Origin: Oscillospiraceae bacterium
GTDB lineage: Bacteria; Bacillota; Clostridia; Oscillospirales; SIG627
Assembly: GCA_015064635.1 (NCBI GenBank)
Contig: SVRV01000005.1
Location: forward strand, 32,858-96,857
Direction of reading: 5' to 3'
DNA: 64,000 nt
Position numbers and translations under genes: made by a program. Numbering within the stretch: the stretch's first letter is position 1; each line of letters starts with the position of its first letter. The notes below the pieces were generated by a model that did no database searches, was not told the origin of the DNA, and saw nothing but the letters and a program-made list of their open reading frames with translations. Positions 35,056 through 43,278 of this stretch are shown here, piece by piece.

Positions 35056-36410
35056 ATATCAAGGAATTAAGAGAGCTTTATTTCAAGGCTTATAACAATA
35101 ACAAGGACTATGTTGACAACCGCGTTGCCGACGGCATTGAAAAGCACCGCAAGGGTACTTGTCGTATACGTTTCACCGATGAAAGCGGCACTCCCCTCGC
35201 AGGTAAAAAGGTAAGGCTCACACAGAAAAGCCACGATTTCAAGCATGGTGCAAACATTTTTATGCTTGACGAATTTGAAAAAGAAGAGGATAATAAGGAG
35301 TACAGAAGATTTTTCAAGGAGCATTTCAACCTTGCAACAGTTCCCTTCTATTGGGGCGACCTTGAGCCCGAGGAGGGAAAACCGCGCTATACCACCGACT
35401 CTCCCAAGATTTACCGCAGACCGTCCCCCGACCTTTGCTTTGACTACTGTGAGGAAAACGGAATTCTGCCAAAGCTTCACTGTCTCGTATATGAGCCATA
35501 CACCCCCGATTGGCTGAAGCACAGATCTCTTAATGAGATAAAGGCAAAGTATGAGGAGCGATTTCGCCAAATTTCCGAGCGTTATTCGGGAAGACTATAT
35601 GAAATCGAAGTCATAAACGAGGTTTTCAATCTTCAGTTCTTTGAGGATAGAAGTGCTTTGAGTAAGCAAAGAGATTTAGTTGAATGGTCCTTTGAGACCG
35701 CCCAAAAATATTTCCCAAATGAAGTATTGATGATAAATGAGGGCAACCCCATACAAAAGCTTGCCCGAGAGGACTGGAGAGCACATTACTTTTTGACGGT
35801 GGAAAACGCACTGCTTCACGGTGCGGAAATTGACAAAATCGGTTTGCAGAATCATCAGTTTATAGGTGTCAATGCAAAGACACCCGAAATGTACGAAAAG
35901 GATTTTTCAAACCAAGTGAGAATGGAGCTCAATGACGTTATGTCTTATTTCAAGGGGCTTGACGTGATATCGGAGCTTGGACTTCCCTTGGAACTTACGG
36001 AAGTAACAATCCCCACCCTTGGTGAAGGACTTGAAGCGGAGGAGCTTCAGGCAGACGTCCTCCGTCTTTGGTATTCAATCTGGTTTTCACACCCATCCGT
36101 TGATGGGATAGTGTACTGGAACACCGTTGACGGATACGCTCATGTTGTGGATGACGGCAAGAGATACTGGAACGAAAACAACTGTCGGGCAGGTCTATGG
36201 CATCACGACCTCACACCCAAGAAGTCGGCTGAAATGCTGAAAAAGCTATTCACTAAAGAGTGGCACACAGAAGCCGAGCTTGTAACCGATGAAAACGGAT
36301 ATATAGGCTTACGTGGCTTCTATGGTGAATATGAGGCAGAAATCGACGGACACGTATGTAATTTTGAAATACACAAAAACGATAATAAAGAATGGAAATT
36401 TATGATATAA
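35052..36410 (+). CDS. GH10-like glycoside hydrolase, paralog 2
   Basis: 452 aa with EVINEVF and ELTEVTIP catalytic contexts. ATGA overlap with the upstream gene. Confidence 0.55.
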   Translation: MNIKELRELYFKAYNNNKDYVDNRVADGIEKHRKGTCRIRFTDESGTPLAGKKVRLTQKSHDFKHGANIFMLDEFEKEEDNKEYRRFFKEHFNLATVPFYWGDLEPEEGKPRYTTDSPKIYRRPSPDLCFDYCEENGILPKLHCLVYEPYTPDWLKHRSLNEIKAKYEERFRQISERYSGRLYEIEVINEVFNLQFFEDRSALSKQRDLVEWSFETAQKYFPNEVLMINEGNPIQKLAREDWRAHYFLTVENALLHGAEIDKIGLQNHQFIGVNAKTPEMYEKDFSNQVRMELNDVMSYFKGLDVISELGLPLELTEVTIPTLGEGLEAEELQADVLRLWYSIWFSHPSVDGIVYWNTVDGYAHVVDDGKRYWNENNCRAGLWHHDLTPKKSAEMLKKLFTKEWHTEAELVTDENGYIGLRGFYGEYEAEIDGHVCNFEIHKNDNKEWKFMI

Positions 36411-36420
36411 GGAGTAAAAA

Positions 36421-37779
36421 ATGAATATTAAAGAATTAAGAGAGATTTATTTCAAGGCTTATAACGATAATAAAGATTACGTTGACACACGAATCAATGA
36501 CGGTATTGAAAAGCACCGCAAGGGTGCATGCCGTGTGCGTTTTACCGATGATAACGGCAATCCCCTGGCAGGTAAAAAAGTAAAGGTTACACAGAAAACC
36601 CACGATTTCAAGTATGGCGCAAACATTTTTATGCTTGACGAATTCAAGGAAGAGGAATACAATAAGGAGTACAGAAGATTCTTCAAGGAGCACTTCAATC
36701 TTGCAACAGTTCCCTTCTACTGGGGTGACCTTGAGCCCGAGGAGGGCAAACCCCGCTATCCCGCAGACAGCCCGAAGATCTACCGCAGACCCGCTCCTGA
36801 CCTTTGCGTTGACTACTGCGAGGAGAACGGCATCATGCCGAAGCTTCATTGTCTTGTATACGATAAATTCATTCCCAAGTGGCTTCATGACCGTCCCCTT
36901 GACGAGGTAAAGGCAAAATATGAAGAACGTTTCCGCCAGATTGCAGAGCGTTATTCAGGCAGAATGTTCGAATTCGAGGTTATAAACGAGGTACTTTGTG
37001 AGGAGCATTGGCCTTATAAGAGCGTGCTCAGTGAGGAAAGAGACATTATCGAGTGGTCATTTGAGACAGCGCGCAAATACTTCCCTGATGAGGTGCTTGT
37101 AATAAACGAAGCAAACCCCATACAAAAGCTTGCCCGTGAGGATTACAGAACGCCGTATTTTATGATGGTAGAAAATGCACTTTTAAACGGTGCGGAAATT
37201 GACAAGATAGGCTTGCAGAACCACTTCTTCGCAGGTGCAGGATGTCAGACACCCGAGGAGTATGAAAGAGACCTCAACAGCGATGGCTGGATAAAGATGA
37301 ACGACCCTGTAGCTTACTTCAAGGGACTTGACGTTATGGCGGAGCTTGGTCTCCCCCTTGAGCTTACCGAAGTTACAGTACCCACCTTCGGGGACAGCGT
37401 AGAGGCTGAGGAGCTTCAGGCAGATATGCTGGCTCTTTGGTACTCGGTTTGGTTCTCACATCCCGCAGTTGACTCGGTTGTTTATTGGAACACGGTTGAC
37501 GGATATGCATATGTTGTTGAAGACGGCTCACGTGTATGGAACGAAAACAACTGCCGCGGAGGACTCTGGCATCACGATTTGACTCCTAAGAAGTCGGCAG
37601 ATATGCTCAAAGCGCTCTTTGGTGAAAAGTGGCATACCGACCTTGAACTTGTGACAGATAAGAACGGCTACATAGATTTCCGTGGCTTCTTTGGTGAATA
37701 CGAGGGTGAAATTGACGGTATGGAATTTGATTTTGAACTCCACAAAAATGATAATAACAGATGGGAAATAATAGCATGA
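36421..37779 (+). CDS. GH10-like glycoside hydrolase, paralog 3
   Basis: 452 aa, collinear with paralog 2 along its full length (roughly three quarters identical by eye). Confidence 0.55.
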   Translation: MNIKELREIYFKAYNDNKDYVDTRINDGIEKHRKGACRVRFTDDNGNPLAGKKVKVTQKTHDFKYGANIFMLDEFKEEEYNKEYRRFFKEHFNLATVPFYWGDLEPEEGKPRYPADSPKIYRRPAPDLCVDYCEENGIMPKLHCLVYDKFIPKWLHDRPLDEVKAKYEERFRQIAERYSGRMFEFEVINEVLCEEHWPYKSVLSEERDIIEWSFETARKYFPDEVLVINEANPIQKLAREDYRTPYFMMVENALLNGAEIDKIGLQNHFFAGAGCQTPEEYERDLNSDGWIKMNDPVAYFKGLDVMAELGLPLELTEVTVPTFGDSVEAEELQADMLALWYSVWFSHPAVDSVVYWNTVDGYAYVVEDGSRVWNENNCRGGLWHHDLTPKKSADMLKALFGEKWHTDLELVTDKNGYIDFRGFFGEYEGEIDGMEFDFELHKNDNNRWEIIA

Positions 37780-38504
37780 AAACAGCGCTTGTTACAGGCT
37801 CTTCCAGAGGAATCGGAAGTGCAATAGCAAAGAGACTTGCATCGGACGGATACAAGGTTATCATACACTGTGCGGGTAATATTGCAAAAGCCGAAGAAGT
37901 AAAGAACGAAATAACAAAAAACGGTGGTACAGCCGAGGTGATAAAAGCAAACCTTTGCAATACCGACGAAACAAAGGCTCTTATAAAAGAGGTGGGTAAG
38001 GTTGATGTGCTTGTGCTGAATGCTTCACTTCAGTACAGAAATCCCTGGCAGAGTATCACCCTTGATGAGTGCTACGAACAATTAAACTGCAATTTTGTTT
38101 CCTCTCTCCTTCTCATTCAAGGTCTTGTGGGACATATGAAGGAGCAGAAATGGGGCAGGATAATCACAATAGGCTCGGTACAGGAGGCAAAGCCCCATCC
38201 CGACATGCTGGTTTATTCCTCCTCAAAGGCGGCTCAGACGAATATGATGAAATCACTCTCACTCCAGCTTGCGGGAGACGGAATCACAGTAAATAATGTT
38301 GCCCCGGGCGTTATATACACCGACAGAAATGTGGAGGCTCTTTCGGATGCAGAATATGCCCAAAAGGTTGTTTCCTCCATCCCCACAGGCTTTTACGGAA
38401 TGCCCGAGGACTGTGCAGGGATAGTGAGTCTCTTATGCTCGGATGATGGCAGATATATCACGGGACAAAGCATTTATGTTGACGGAGGAAAAAGCGTACA
38501 ATGA
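37776..38504 (+). CDS. Short-chain dehydrogenase/reductase (SDR)
   Basis: TGSSRGIGSAIA cofactor motif and YSSSK catalytic motif. The ATG overlaps the upstream TGA. Confidence 0.85.
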   Translation: MKTALVTGSSRGIGSAIAKRLASDGYKVIIHCAGNIAKAEEVKNEITKNGGTAEVIKANLCNTDETKALIKEVGKVDVLVLNASLQYRNPWQSITLDECYEQLNCNFVSSLLLIQGLVGHMKEQKWGRIITIGSVQEAKPHPDMLVYSSSKAAQTNMMKSLSLQLAGDGITVNNVAPGVIYTDRNVEALSDAEYAQKVVSSIPTGFYGMPEDCAGIVSLLCSDDGRYITGQSIYVDGGKSVQ

Positions 38505-39169
38505 AAGTAACACCCATAGGACAAAGCGGATACATTGTAAAATCGGGAAAAAGCGAGATAGTTATTGACCCCTATCTTTCAAACAGCGTATTCAAGGTGT
38601 CTGGCAAGGAAAGAATGATACCCGCCCCAATTGACCCGAAAACCATCAAATGCGATGCGGTAATTTGCACTCATAATCACCTTGACCACCTTGACCCCGA
38701 CACAGTTTCGGAAATTCACGAAAATCAGTTTTACATCACCACAGCCGAGGGTGTGGAAAAGCTGAAGACTCTCGGCAGAAGCAATGCGGTTTACCTCCCT
38801 GTGGGGGACAGCATCAATGTGGGCGATTTTAAGATAACCGCTGTATTTGCACTTCACTCCTGTGAGGCGATGGGAGTTATCGTTGAAGCCGAGGGCAAAA
38901 AGCTGTATTTCAGCGGTGACACCCTCTTTGATGAAAGGCTTTTTGAAATTGCAAACTACAAGCCCGACGTAACCTTTATTTGCATCAACGGTAAGCTTGG
39001 AAACATGAATGTGAATGAAGCACTTATCACGGCAAAGAAAATAGGCGCGAAAACAAATATCCCCACCCATTATGATATGTTTGCATCAAACACCGAAAAT
39101 CCCCTTCTCTTTTCAAAAAATATAGAAGGAAGCCTGGTGCTTGAAGCGGGAAACGAATACGAGTTTTAA
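38501..39169 (+). CDS. MBL-fold metallo-hydrolase (UlaG/lactonase-like)
   Basis: CTHNHLDHLD (HxHxDH) motif. 222 aa. ATGA overlap with the SDR gene. Confidence 0.75.
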   Translation: MKVTPIGQSGYIVKSGKSEIVIDPYLSNSVFKVSGKERMIPAPIDPKTIKCDAVICTHNHLDHLDPDTVSEIHENQFYITTAEGVEKLKTLGRSNAVYLPVGDSINVGDFKITAVFALHSCEAMGVIVEAEGKKLYFSGDTLFDERLFEIANYKPDVTFICINGKLGNMNVNEALITAKKIGAKTNIPTHYDMFASNTENPLLFSKNIEGSLVLEAGNEYEF

Positions 39170-39174
39170 ACAAA

Positions 39175-39217
39175 GCAAAAAAATAATCTAACCAAAGTCG
39201 GTTAGATTATTTTTTTG
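39175..39217. terminator. Bidirectional rho-independent terminator
   Basis: AAATAATCTAACC-AAAGTC-GGTTAGATTATTT flanked by A- and T-runs, between convergent genes. Confidence 0.75.
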
Positions 39218-39226
39218 CTTTGTTTA

Positions 39227-39442
39227 TTAGCCAAGAATGTCTCCAAGTGCTTCCTTAGCGTTTTCGGCAGCAACCTTACCTACTTCCTCAAGAAGATGTA
39301 CCTGACAGTATTCACCGTCAACTTCAACACCTGTCTCATTTTCTACTGCAGGCTCATCACATGTATCGCACTTACCGTCGTCACATGCAGTGAAAGCAAG
39401 AAGCATCATAAGAACGAGAAGAATTGAAAGAAACTTTTTCAT
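39227..39442 (-). CDS. Small Cys-rich lipoprotein (71 aa)
   Basis: Signal peptide plus lipobox LAFTAC. The mature part has CDTC...YCQVH. Paralogous to 47520-47714. Confidence 0.65.
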   Translation of the reverse strand: MKKFLSILLVLMMLLAFTACDDGKCDTCDEPAVENETGVEVDGEYCQVHLLEEVGKVAAENAKEALGDILG

Positions 39443-39502
39443 TTTTTCACCTCCTTAATTTTATCATCGTACCAAAATAATAGTACATTATTAGTATAAA
39501 CG

Positions 39503-39541
39503 AAAAATATTAGTATGTCAATGTTTTTTACTAATATTTTT
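39503..39541. promoter_or_regulatory. Perfect 13-nt inverted repeat AAAAATATTAGTA-N13-TACTAATATTTTT, candidate XRE operator
   Basis: Lies in the divergent promoter region between the lipoprotein and XRE genes. It abuts TGTATAAT (39541-39548). Extra TATTAGTA / TACTAATA half-sites are at 39489 and 39559. Confidence 0.5.
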
Positions 39542-39599
39542 GTATAATTATCAATAGATACTAATATAATACTACAAAAAGCAAGTGAGGTGAAAAGGA

Positions 39600-39872
39600 A
39601 TGAACCGAATCCGTGATTTAAGAGAGGATAGAGACCTCAGACAGATTGATGTTGCCAATGCAACGGGAATAGACCAGAAAACACTGTCGAATTACGAAAC
39701 AGGTAAAACAAATCCCGACAGCTTTGCGATTATTGCCCTTGCAAACTTTTTTAATGTAAGCACAGATTATCTTCTCGGAGAAACTTCCTCCAATATAAAA
39801 GATAAGGAATCCATACTAAAAGCACTGGAAAAAATTGAAAAAGAAATAAAAGACATTAAAAGGCATATATAG
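39600..39872 (+). CDS. XRE-family helix-turn-helix transcriptional regulator
   Basis: IRDLREDRDLRQIDVANATGIDQKTLSNYETGK...LANFFNVSTDYLLG is a classic Cro/C1 HTH. 90 aa. Confidence 0.85.
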   Translation: MNRIRDLREDRDLRQIDVANATGIDQKTLSNYETGKTNPDSFAIIALANFFNVSTDYLLGETSSNIKDKESILKALEKIEKEIKDIKRHI

Positions 39873-39977
39873 ATTCATTATTAGTCTTCACCGATTATTA
39901 TAGGGGATAGATATAATTTCGCATAGCAGAAGCCCTTTTATGTAACTATTTTGGCTATGTAGTTTTTTTGACAGACT

Positions 39978-40014
39978 GAAACAAACTAACCATTTTAAAC
40001 GGTTAGTTTGTTTT
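39978..40014 (+). terminator. Rho-independent terminator after the XRE gene
   Basis: 13-bp stem AAACAAACTAACC/GGTTAGTTTGTTT with a 9-nt loop, T-rich 3' side. Confidence 0.7.
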
Positions 40015-40022
40015 GGCATATG

Positions 40023-40051
40023 TTGACATCCTGAAAAAAATAATATATAAT
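40023..40051 (+). promoter_or_regulatory. Consensus sigma-A promoter for the SLH-SBP gene
   Basis: TTGACA (40023-40028), 17 nt, TATAAT (40046-40051). Confidence 0.6.
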
Positions 40052-40094
40052 TGTTATAGTATATAATTATTATAGAATAAAAGGAGATATGAAC

Positions 40095-42041
40095 ATGAAA
40101 AGAATATTATCGCTTGTACTTGCGTTTATTATTTGTTTTTCGTGCCTTCCACTTATTTCATCGGCAAAAGATGATATTCCCTTCGAGGATATACCAAATA
40201 ACGCATGGTACGAAGAAGACCTGGAATACGCTTACAATCTCGGACTTATCAACGGCAAGAATAACCCGAATACATTTTTGCCCAACGATAATATGACATA
40301 TGCCGAGGTCATTAAGCTTGCCGCATGTATGCATCAGCTTTACACAACAAAGGAAATAACTCTTACTAATGCTCCTGGCATTTGGTATAACTCTTACGTT
40401 GACTACTGTAAAAAGGAAAATATAATTCAAAAGGATTATCCCTATTCTGAATATGCCACAAGAGCAGGCTATATGGAAATATTTGCAAACGCTTTACCCA
40501 CAAATGCTCTTGCGCCGAAAAACTATCTCCCCGAAGGCTTTGTAGCCGATGTTTCTCCCTCGGATGAATACAGCAACGCTGTATACACTCTCTACCGCGC
40601 GGGAATTGTTGGCGGCGTCGATGAAACTCACAACTGTGCACCCGACACCAACATAAAACGATGCGAGGTCGTTACAATCCTTTCACGAATGATGGACAAG
40701 ACCAAGAGAATCAAAATCGGTGAGTCCGCAACCGATGTAAAGTGGGATTTCGGTGGAAAAACTCTCAGGATTTTGTGTCACAATGACGGAGCGGAATTCC
40801 TTCCTCAAAGCAGTAGTCTCAACAAAGGCGACCTTATTGTTGATGCACTTGCAAAAAGAAACGAAGAGGTTTGTAGTAACCTTAATATAAAAATTGAGCT
40901 CGTTTATCAATATGGTTTGTTAAATCTTGAAACCTATGCCACAAAAACAATTATGTCGGGTCAAGACGAATTTGATCTCATTTATTCTCACGCTCCTACC
41001 CTCGGTGGACTTGTGACGAAGAATTTATTTCTGAACTGGTACGATGTACCTTATGTAGACTTTTCTAAGCCGTGGTGGTCAAGCTCCAATGCAGGTGACC
41101 TCACCTACAACGGAACATGTCTCCTTGCTATATCCGATTTTAATCTCTCCTCAATAACCTCAAGTACTGTCATAGCCTTCAACAAAAAGCTTGCCGAAAA
41201 GAACGGCTGGGGTAACCTTTACGAAACGGTACTTTCGGGAAATTGGACCTTTGATGAAATGTATAAGCTGATCAAGGAAGGTTGGACAGATTCAGATAAA
41301 ACAGGAGACCGCTCTGCGGATGATACCTTTGCGGCAGCCTTTCCCGTAGATTCCACCTGTAATGCATGGCTTTGGGCATCGGGAAACAGAGCAGTCATGA
41401 AGGACGAAGACGATGTTCCGCAAATATCCATAAACACACCTTCTATGTCCGAGCTTATTTACAAGCTTAATGACCTCTATTATAACACCTCAGGGGTAGC
41501 ATCAAATAACATTGACAGCTTCAATGCAACAAAGCTCTTTAACTCAGGAAATACCGCAATGATAACTGTGAGACTTGACGATATTATATCGGGTAGAATT
41601 TCACTTCCCGAAGGAGATATCGGTTTTCTTCCATATCCGAAATATGACAGTGAGACAAACTACAGTCCATATGCAACAGAATACAGTACATATGTATGCA
41701 GTGAATTCAACTGTCTTGCAATTCCCAAAACGGCAAATAACCTTGAGATGATAGGTGTTGCTGTAGAAGCACTTTCCGCAAAATCACACGAAATAGTGCT
41801 TCCTGCAATATATGCTTCCCTTTGCGATGATGAAGAGGAAAAGAATGTGCTTAATACAATCATAGAAAAACGTGTATTTGATTTCGGATATATTTATGAC
41901 AACTGGCAAGGATTTGCGCTGACCATTCAGACAATGCTCTCAAAAAAAGATGTAAGCTTTCAGGCATACTATCAAACCCAATACAGCAATGCAAGACTCC
42001 AGTATATAAAGGTGAAAAAAATCCACGAAAAAGCACAATAA
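40095..42041 (+). CDS. Secreted protein: two SLH-like cell-wall-binding repeats fused to an ABC-type extracellular solute-binding domain
   Basis: Signal peptide MKRILSLVLAFIICFSCLPLISSA. SLH-like FEDIPNNAWYEEDLEYAYNLGLINGK...MTYAEVIKL and a second repeat. The remaining ~430 aa resemble large family-1 sugar SBPs (DFGGKTLRIL...). Start placed at the second ATG (8 nt from GGAG). Confidence 0.6.
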   Translation: MKRILSLVLAFIICFSCLPLISSAKDDIPFEDIPNNAWYEEDLEYAYNLGLINGKNNPNTFLPNDNMTYAEVIKLAACMHQLYTTKEITLTNAPGIWYNSYVDYCKKENIIQKDYPYSEYATRAGYMEIFANALPTNALAPKNYLPEGFVADVSPSDEYSNAVYTLYRAGIVGGVDETHNCAPDTNIKRCEVVTILSRMMDKTKRIKIGESATDVKWDFGGKTLRILCHNDGAEFLPQSSSLNKGDLIVDALAKRNEEVCSNLNIKIELVYQYGLLNLETYATKTIMSGQDEFDLIYSHAPTLGGLVTKNLFLNWYDVPYVDFSKPWWSSSNAGDLTYNGTCLLAISDFNLSSITSSTVIAFNKKLAEKNGWGNLYETVLSGNWTFDEMYKLIKEGWTDSDKTGDRSADDTFAAAFPVDSTCNAWLWASGNRAVMKDEDDVPQISINTPSMSELIYKLNDLYYNTSGVASNNIDSFNATKLFNSGNTAMITVRLDDIISGRISLPEGDIGFLPYPKYDSETNYSPYATEYSTYVCSEFNCLAIPKTANNLEMIGVAVEALSAKSHEIVLPAIYASLCDDEEEKNVLNTIIEKRVFDFGYIYDNWQGFALTIQTMLSKKDVSFQAYYQTQYSNARLQYIKVKKIHEKAQ

Positions 42042-42059
42042 AGTGTGTCGGATTACTGA

Positions 42060-42099
42060 AAAAAGGATGTAGCAAAAACTGCTACATCCTTCTTTTTTT
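42060..42099. terminator. Bidirectional rho-independent terminator
   Basis: AAGGATGTAGC-AAAAACT-GCTACATCCTT followed by CTTTTTTT, with an A-run upstream. Confidence 0.75.
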
Positions 42100-43264
42100 A
42101 ATCCTTGCATCCGTTACAATCCTTACATGTATTGCAATCTCTTATTGTTCCCTCTGCCATTTTATATTCGTTTTCTCTCATACCGGGGTACTTTTCATCA
42201 AGATATTCCTCACGGTATGGATTTACACCCTCGGAAACCTTTTCGGGCTTATTGGGAAGTAACCAGCTCTTCTTTTTATAGAAGGGATTATGGAAGGTAT
42301 TCTCTATTTTGCGGCTCTTTTCAAGAGCATTCATACACGCTCTGATACAGCCTCTTGCACCGCAAATAGCAAAATATCCCGTATGAGAAAGTATATAGTT
42401 GTAATAATCCATTACATTATTGGTTTCAGGCTTTCTTGACCATTTGGCAGTGGCAAGAGAATAGCATAAAATATATGCTTCCTCCTCTGTCATTTCACTG
42501 TTCCTTACGTCAAACGCCATATTGGGAAACTCCTTCTTATGGAAGGGAGAGCACTCGTTGTTAAAGCCGTGGTGAGTAAGAGTACATCTGCCCATACGGA
42601 CGTCACCGTACCATATCTTCTTTTCACCGAAATCAACTTCAACACGCTTGGTCTCGTCCTTTACGTTTGGTACTGCGTCACCGGGACATTCTCTTGCACA
42701 AGCGCCGCAATGGATGCAGATGTCACCGGTGTCAAGAATGGGGTCGGGCTCAAGTTCGCAATCAGTGAATATCAGTCCGAGTCTTACTCTCGGTCCGAAT
42801 TTTTTAGTAAGGAACACCTTTGAAAAGCCAACCTCACCAAGACCGCAACCCGCCGCAATAAGTCTGACACTGCACACAACATCCGAAGGTACTTTATCGG
42901 GGCCCACAGGCTCTTTGGTCACTCCGTTACCCTCGGGCACTGCCGGATAATGTGCCACCGCTTCCCATCCGTGGTCCTCTATAAAGCAACAAAGCTCATA
43001 AGATTTTTTGGGACGGAAAAGAGTATTGAGCTTGTTATAGGAATAGAAGGTATAGTTATGCCAATGTGTTCCCTCTTCGATTCCTCTGTATGTACCACGG
43101 GGGATACGCATGGCAACCGCAATTACCGATTTTGCCTCGGGGAAATATGTAGACGGATTCATGAGTAATGGAGCATTTTTGAATCTCTCAATATTGCCTA
43201 TTGCAATACAATCAATACCAAGCTCCGCCGCCTTGTCCTTTATCATTTGAGAAGTAAGCTTCAT
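42098..43264 (-). CDS. QueG/reductive-dehalogenase-superfamily Fe-S protein, paralog B, with a Cys-rich C-terminal tail
   Basis: N-terminus LGIDCIAIGNIERF. GLGEVGFSKVFLTKKFGPRVRLGLIFTD then CIHCGACARECP (nt 42683-42718). The tail is RDCNTCKDCNGCKD. Start uncertain: ATG 43264 (RBS AGAGGTGG) or GTG 43282. Confidence 0.6.
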   Translation of the reverse strand: MKLTSQMIKDKAAELGIDCIAIGNIERFKNAPLLMNPSTYFPEAKSVIAVAMRIPRGTYRGIEEGTHWHNYTFYSYNKLNTLFRPKKSYELCCFIEDHGWEAVAHYPAVPEGNGVTKEPVGPDKVPSDVVCSVRLIAAGCGLGEVGFSKVFLTKKFGPRVRLGLIFTDCELEPDPILDTGDICIHCGACARECPGDAVPNVKDETKRVEVDFGEKKIWYGDVRMGRCTLTHHGFNNECSPFHKKEFPNMAFDVRNSEMTEEEAYILCYSLATAKWSRKPETNNVMDYYNYILSHTGYFAICGARGCIRACMNALEKSRKIENTFHNPFYKKKSWLLPNKPEKVSEGVNPYREEYLDEKYPGMRENEYKMAEGTIRDCNTCKDCNGCKD

Positions 43265-43278
43265 ACCTGCCACCTCTA

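Larger units (their letters stand above)
35052..37779 (+). repeat. Tandem gene duplication (2 x ~1.36 kb)
   Basis: The two 452-aa products align without gaps from MNIKELRE to the C-terminus. Even the antisense shadow ORFs are mirrored (35067-35570 vs 36436-36888). Confidence 0.85.

Noticed and set aside
39175-40014. The two terminator hairpins sharing CTAACC...GGTTAG cores (39181-39212 and 39978-40014) as terminal inverted repeats of a small mobile cassette carrying the lipoprotein and XRE genes.
   Set aside because: Similarity is limited to about 6-7 nt per arm. There are no target-site duplications and no recombinase or transposase gene. Each hairpin is adequately explained as an ordinary terminator.
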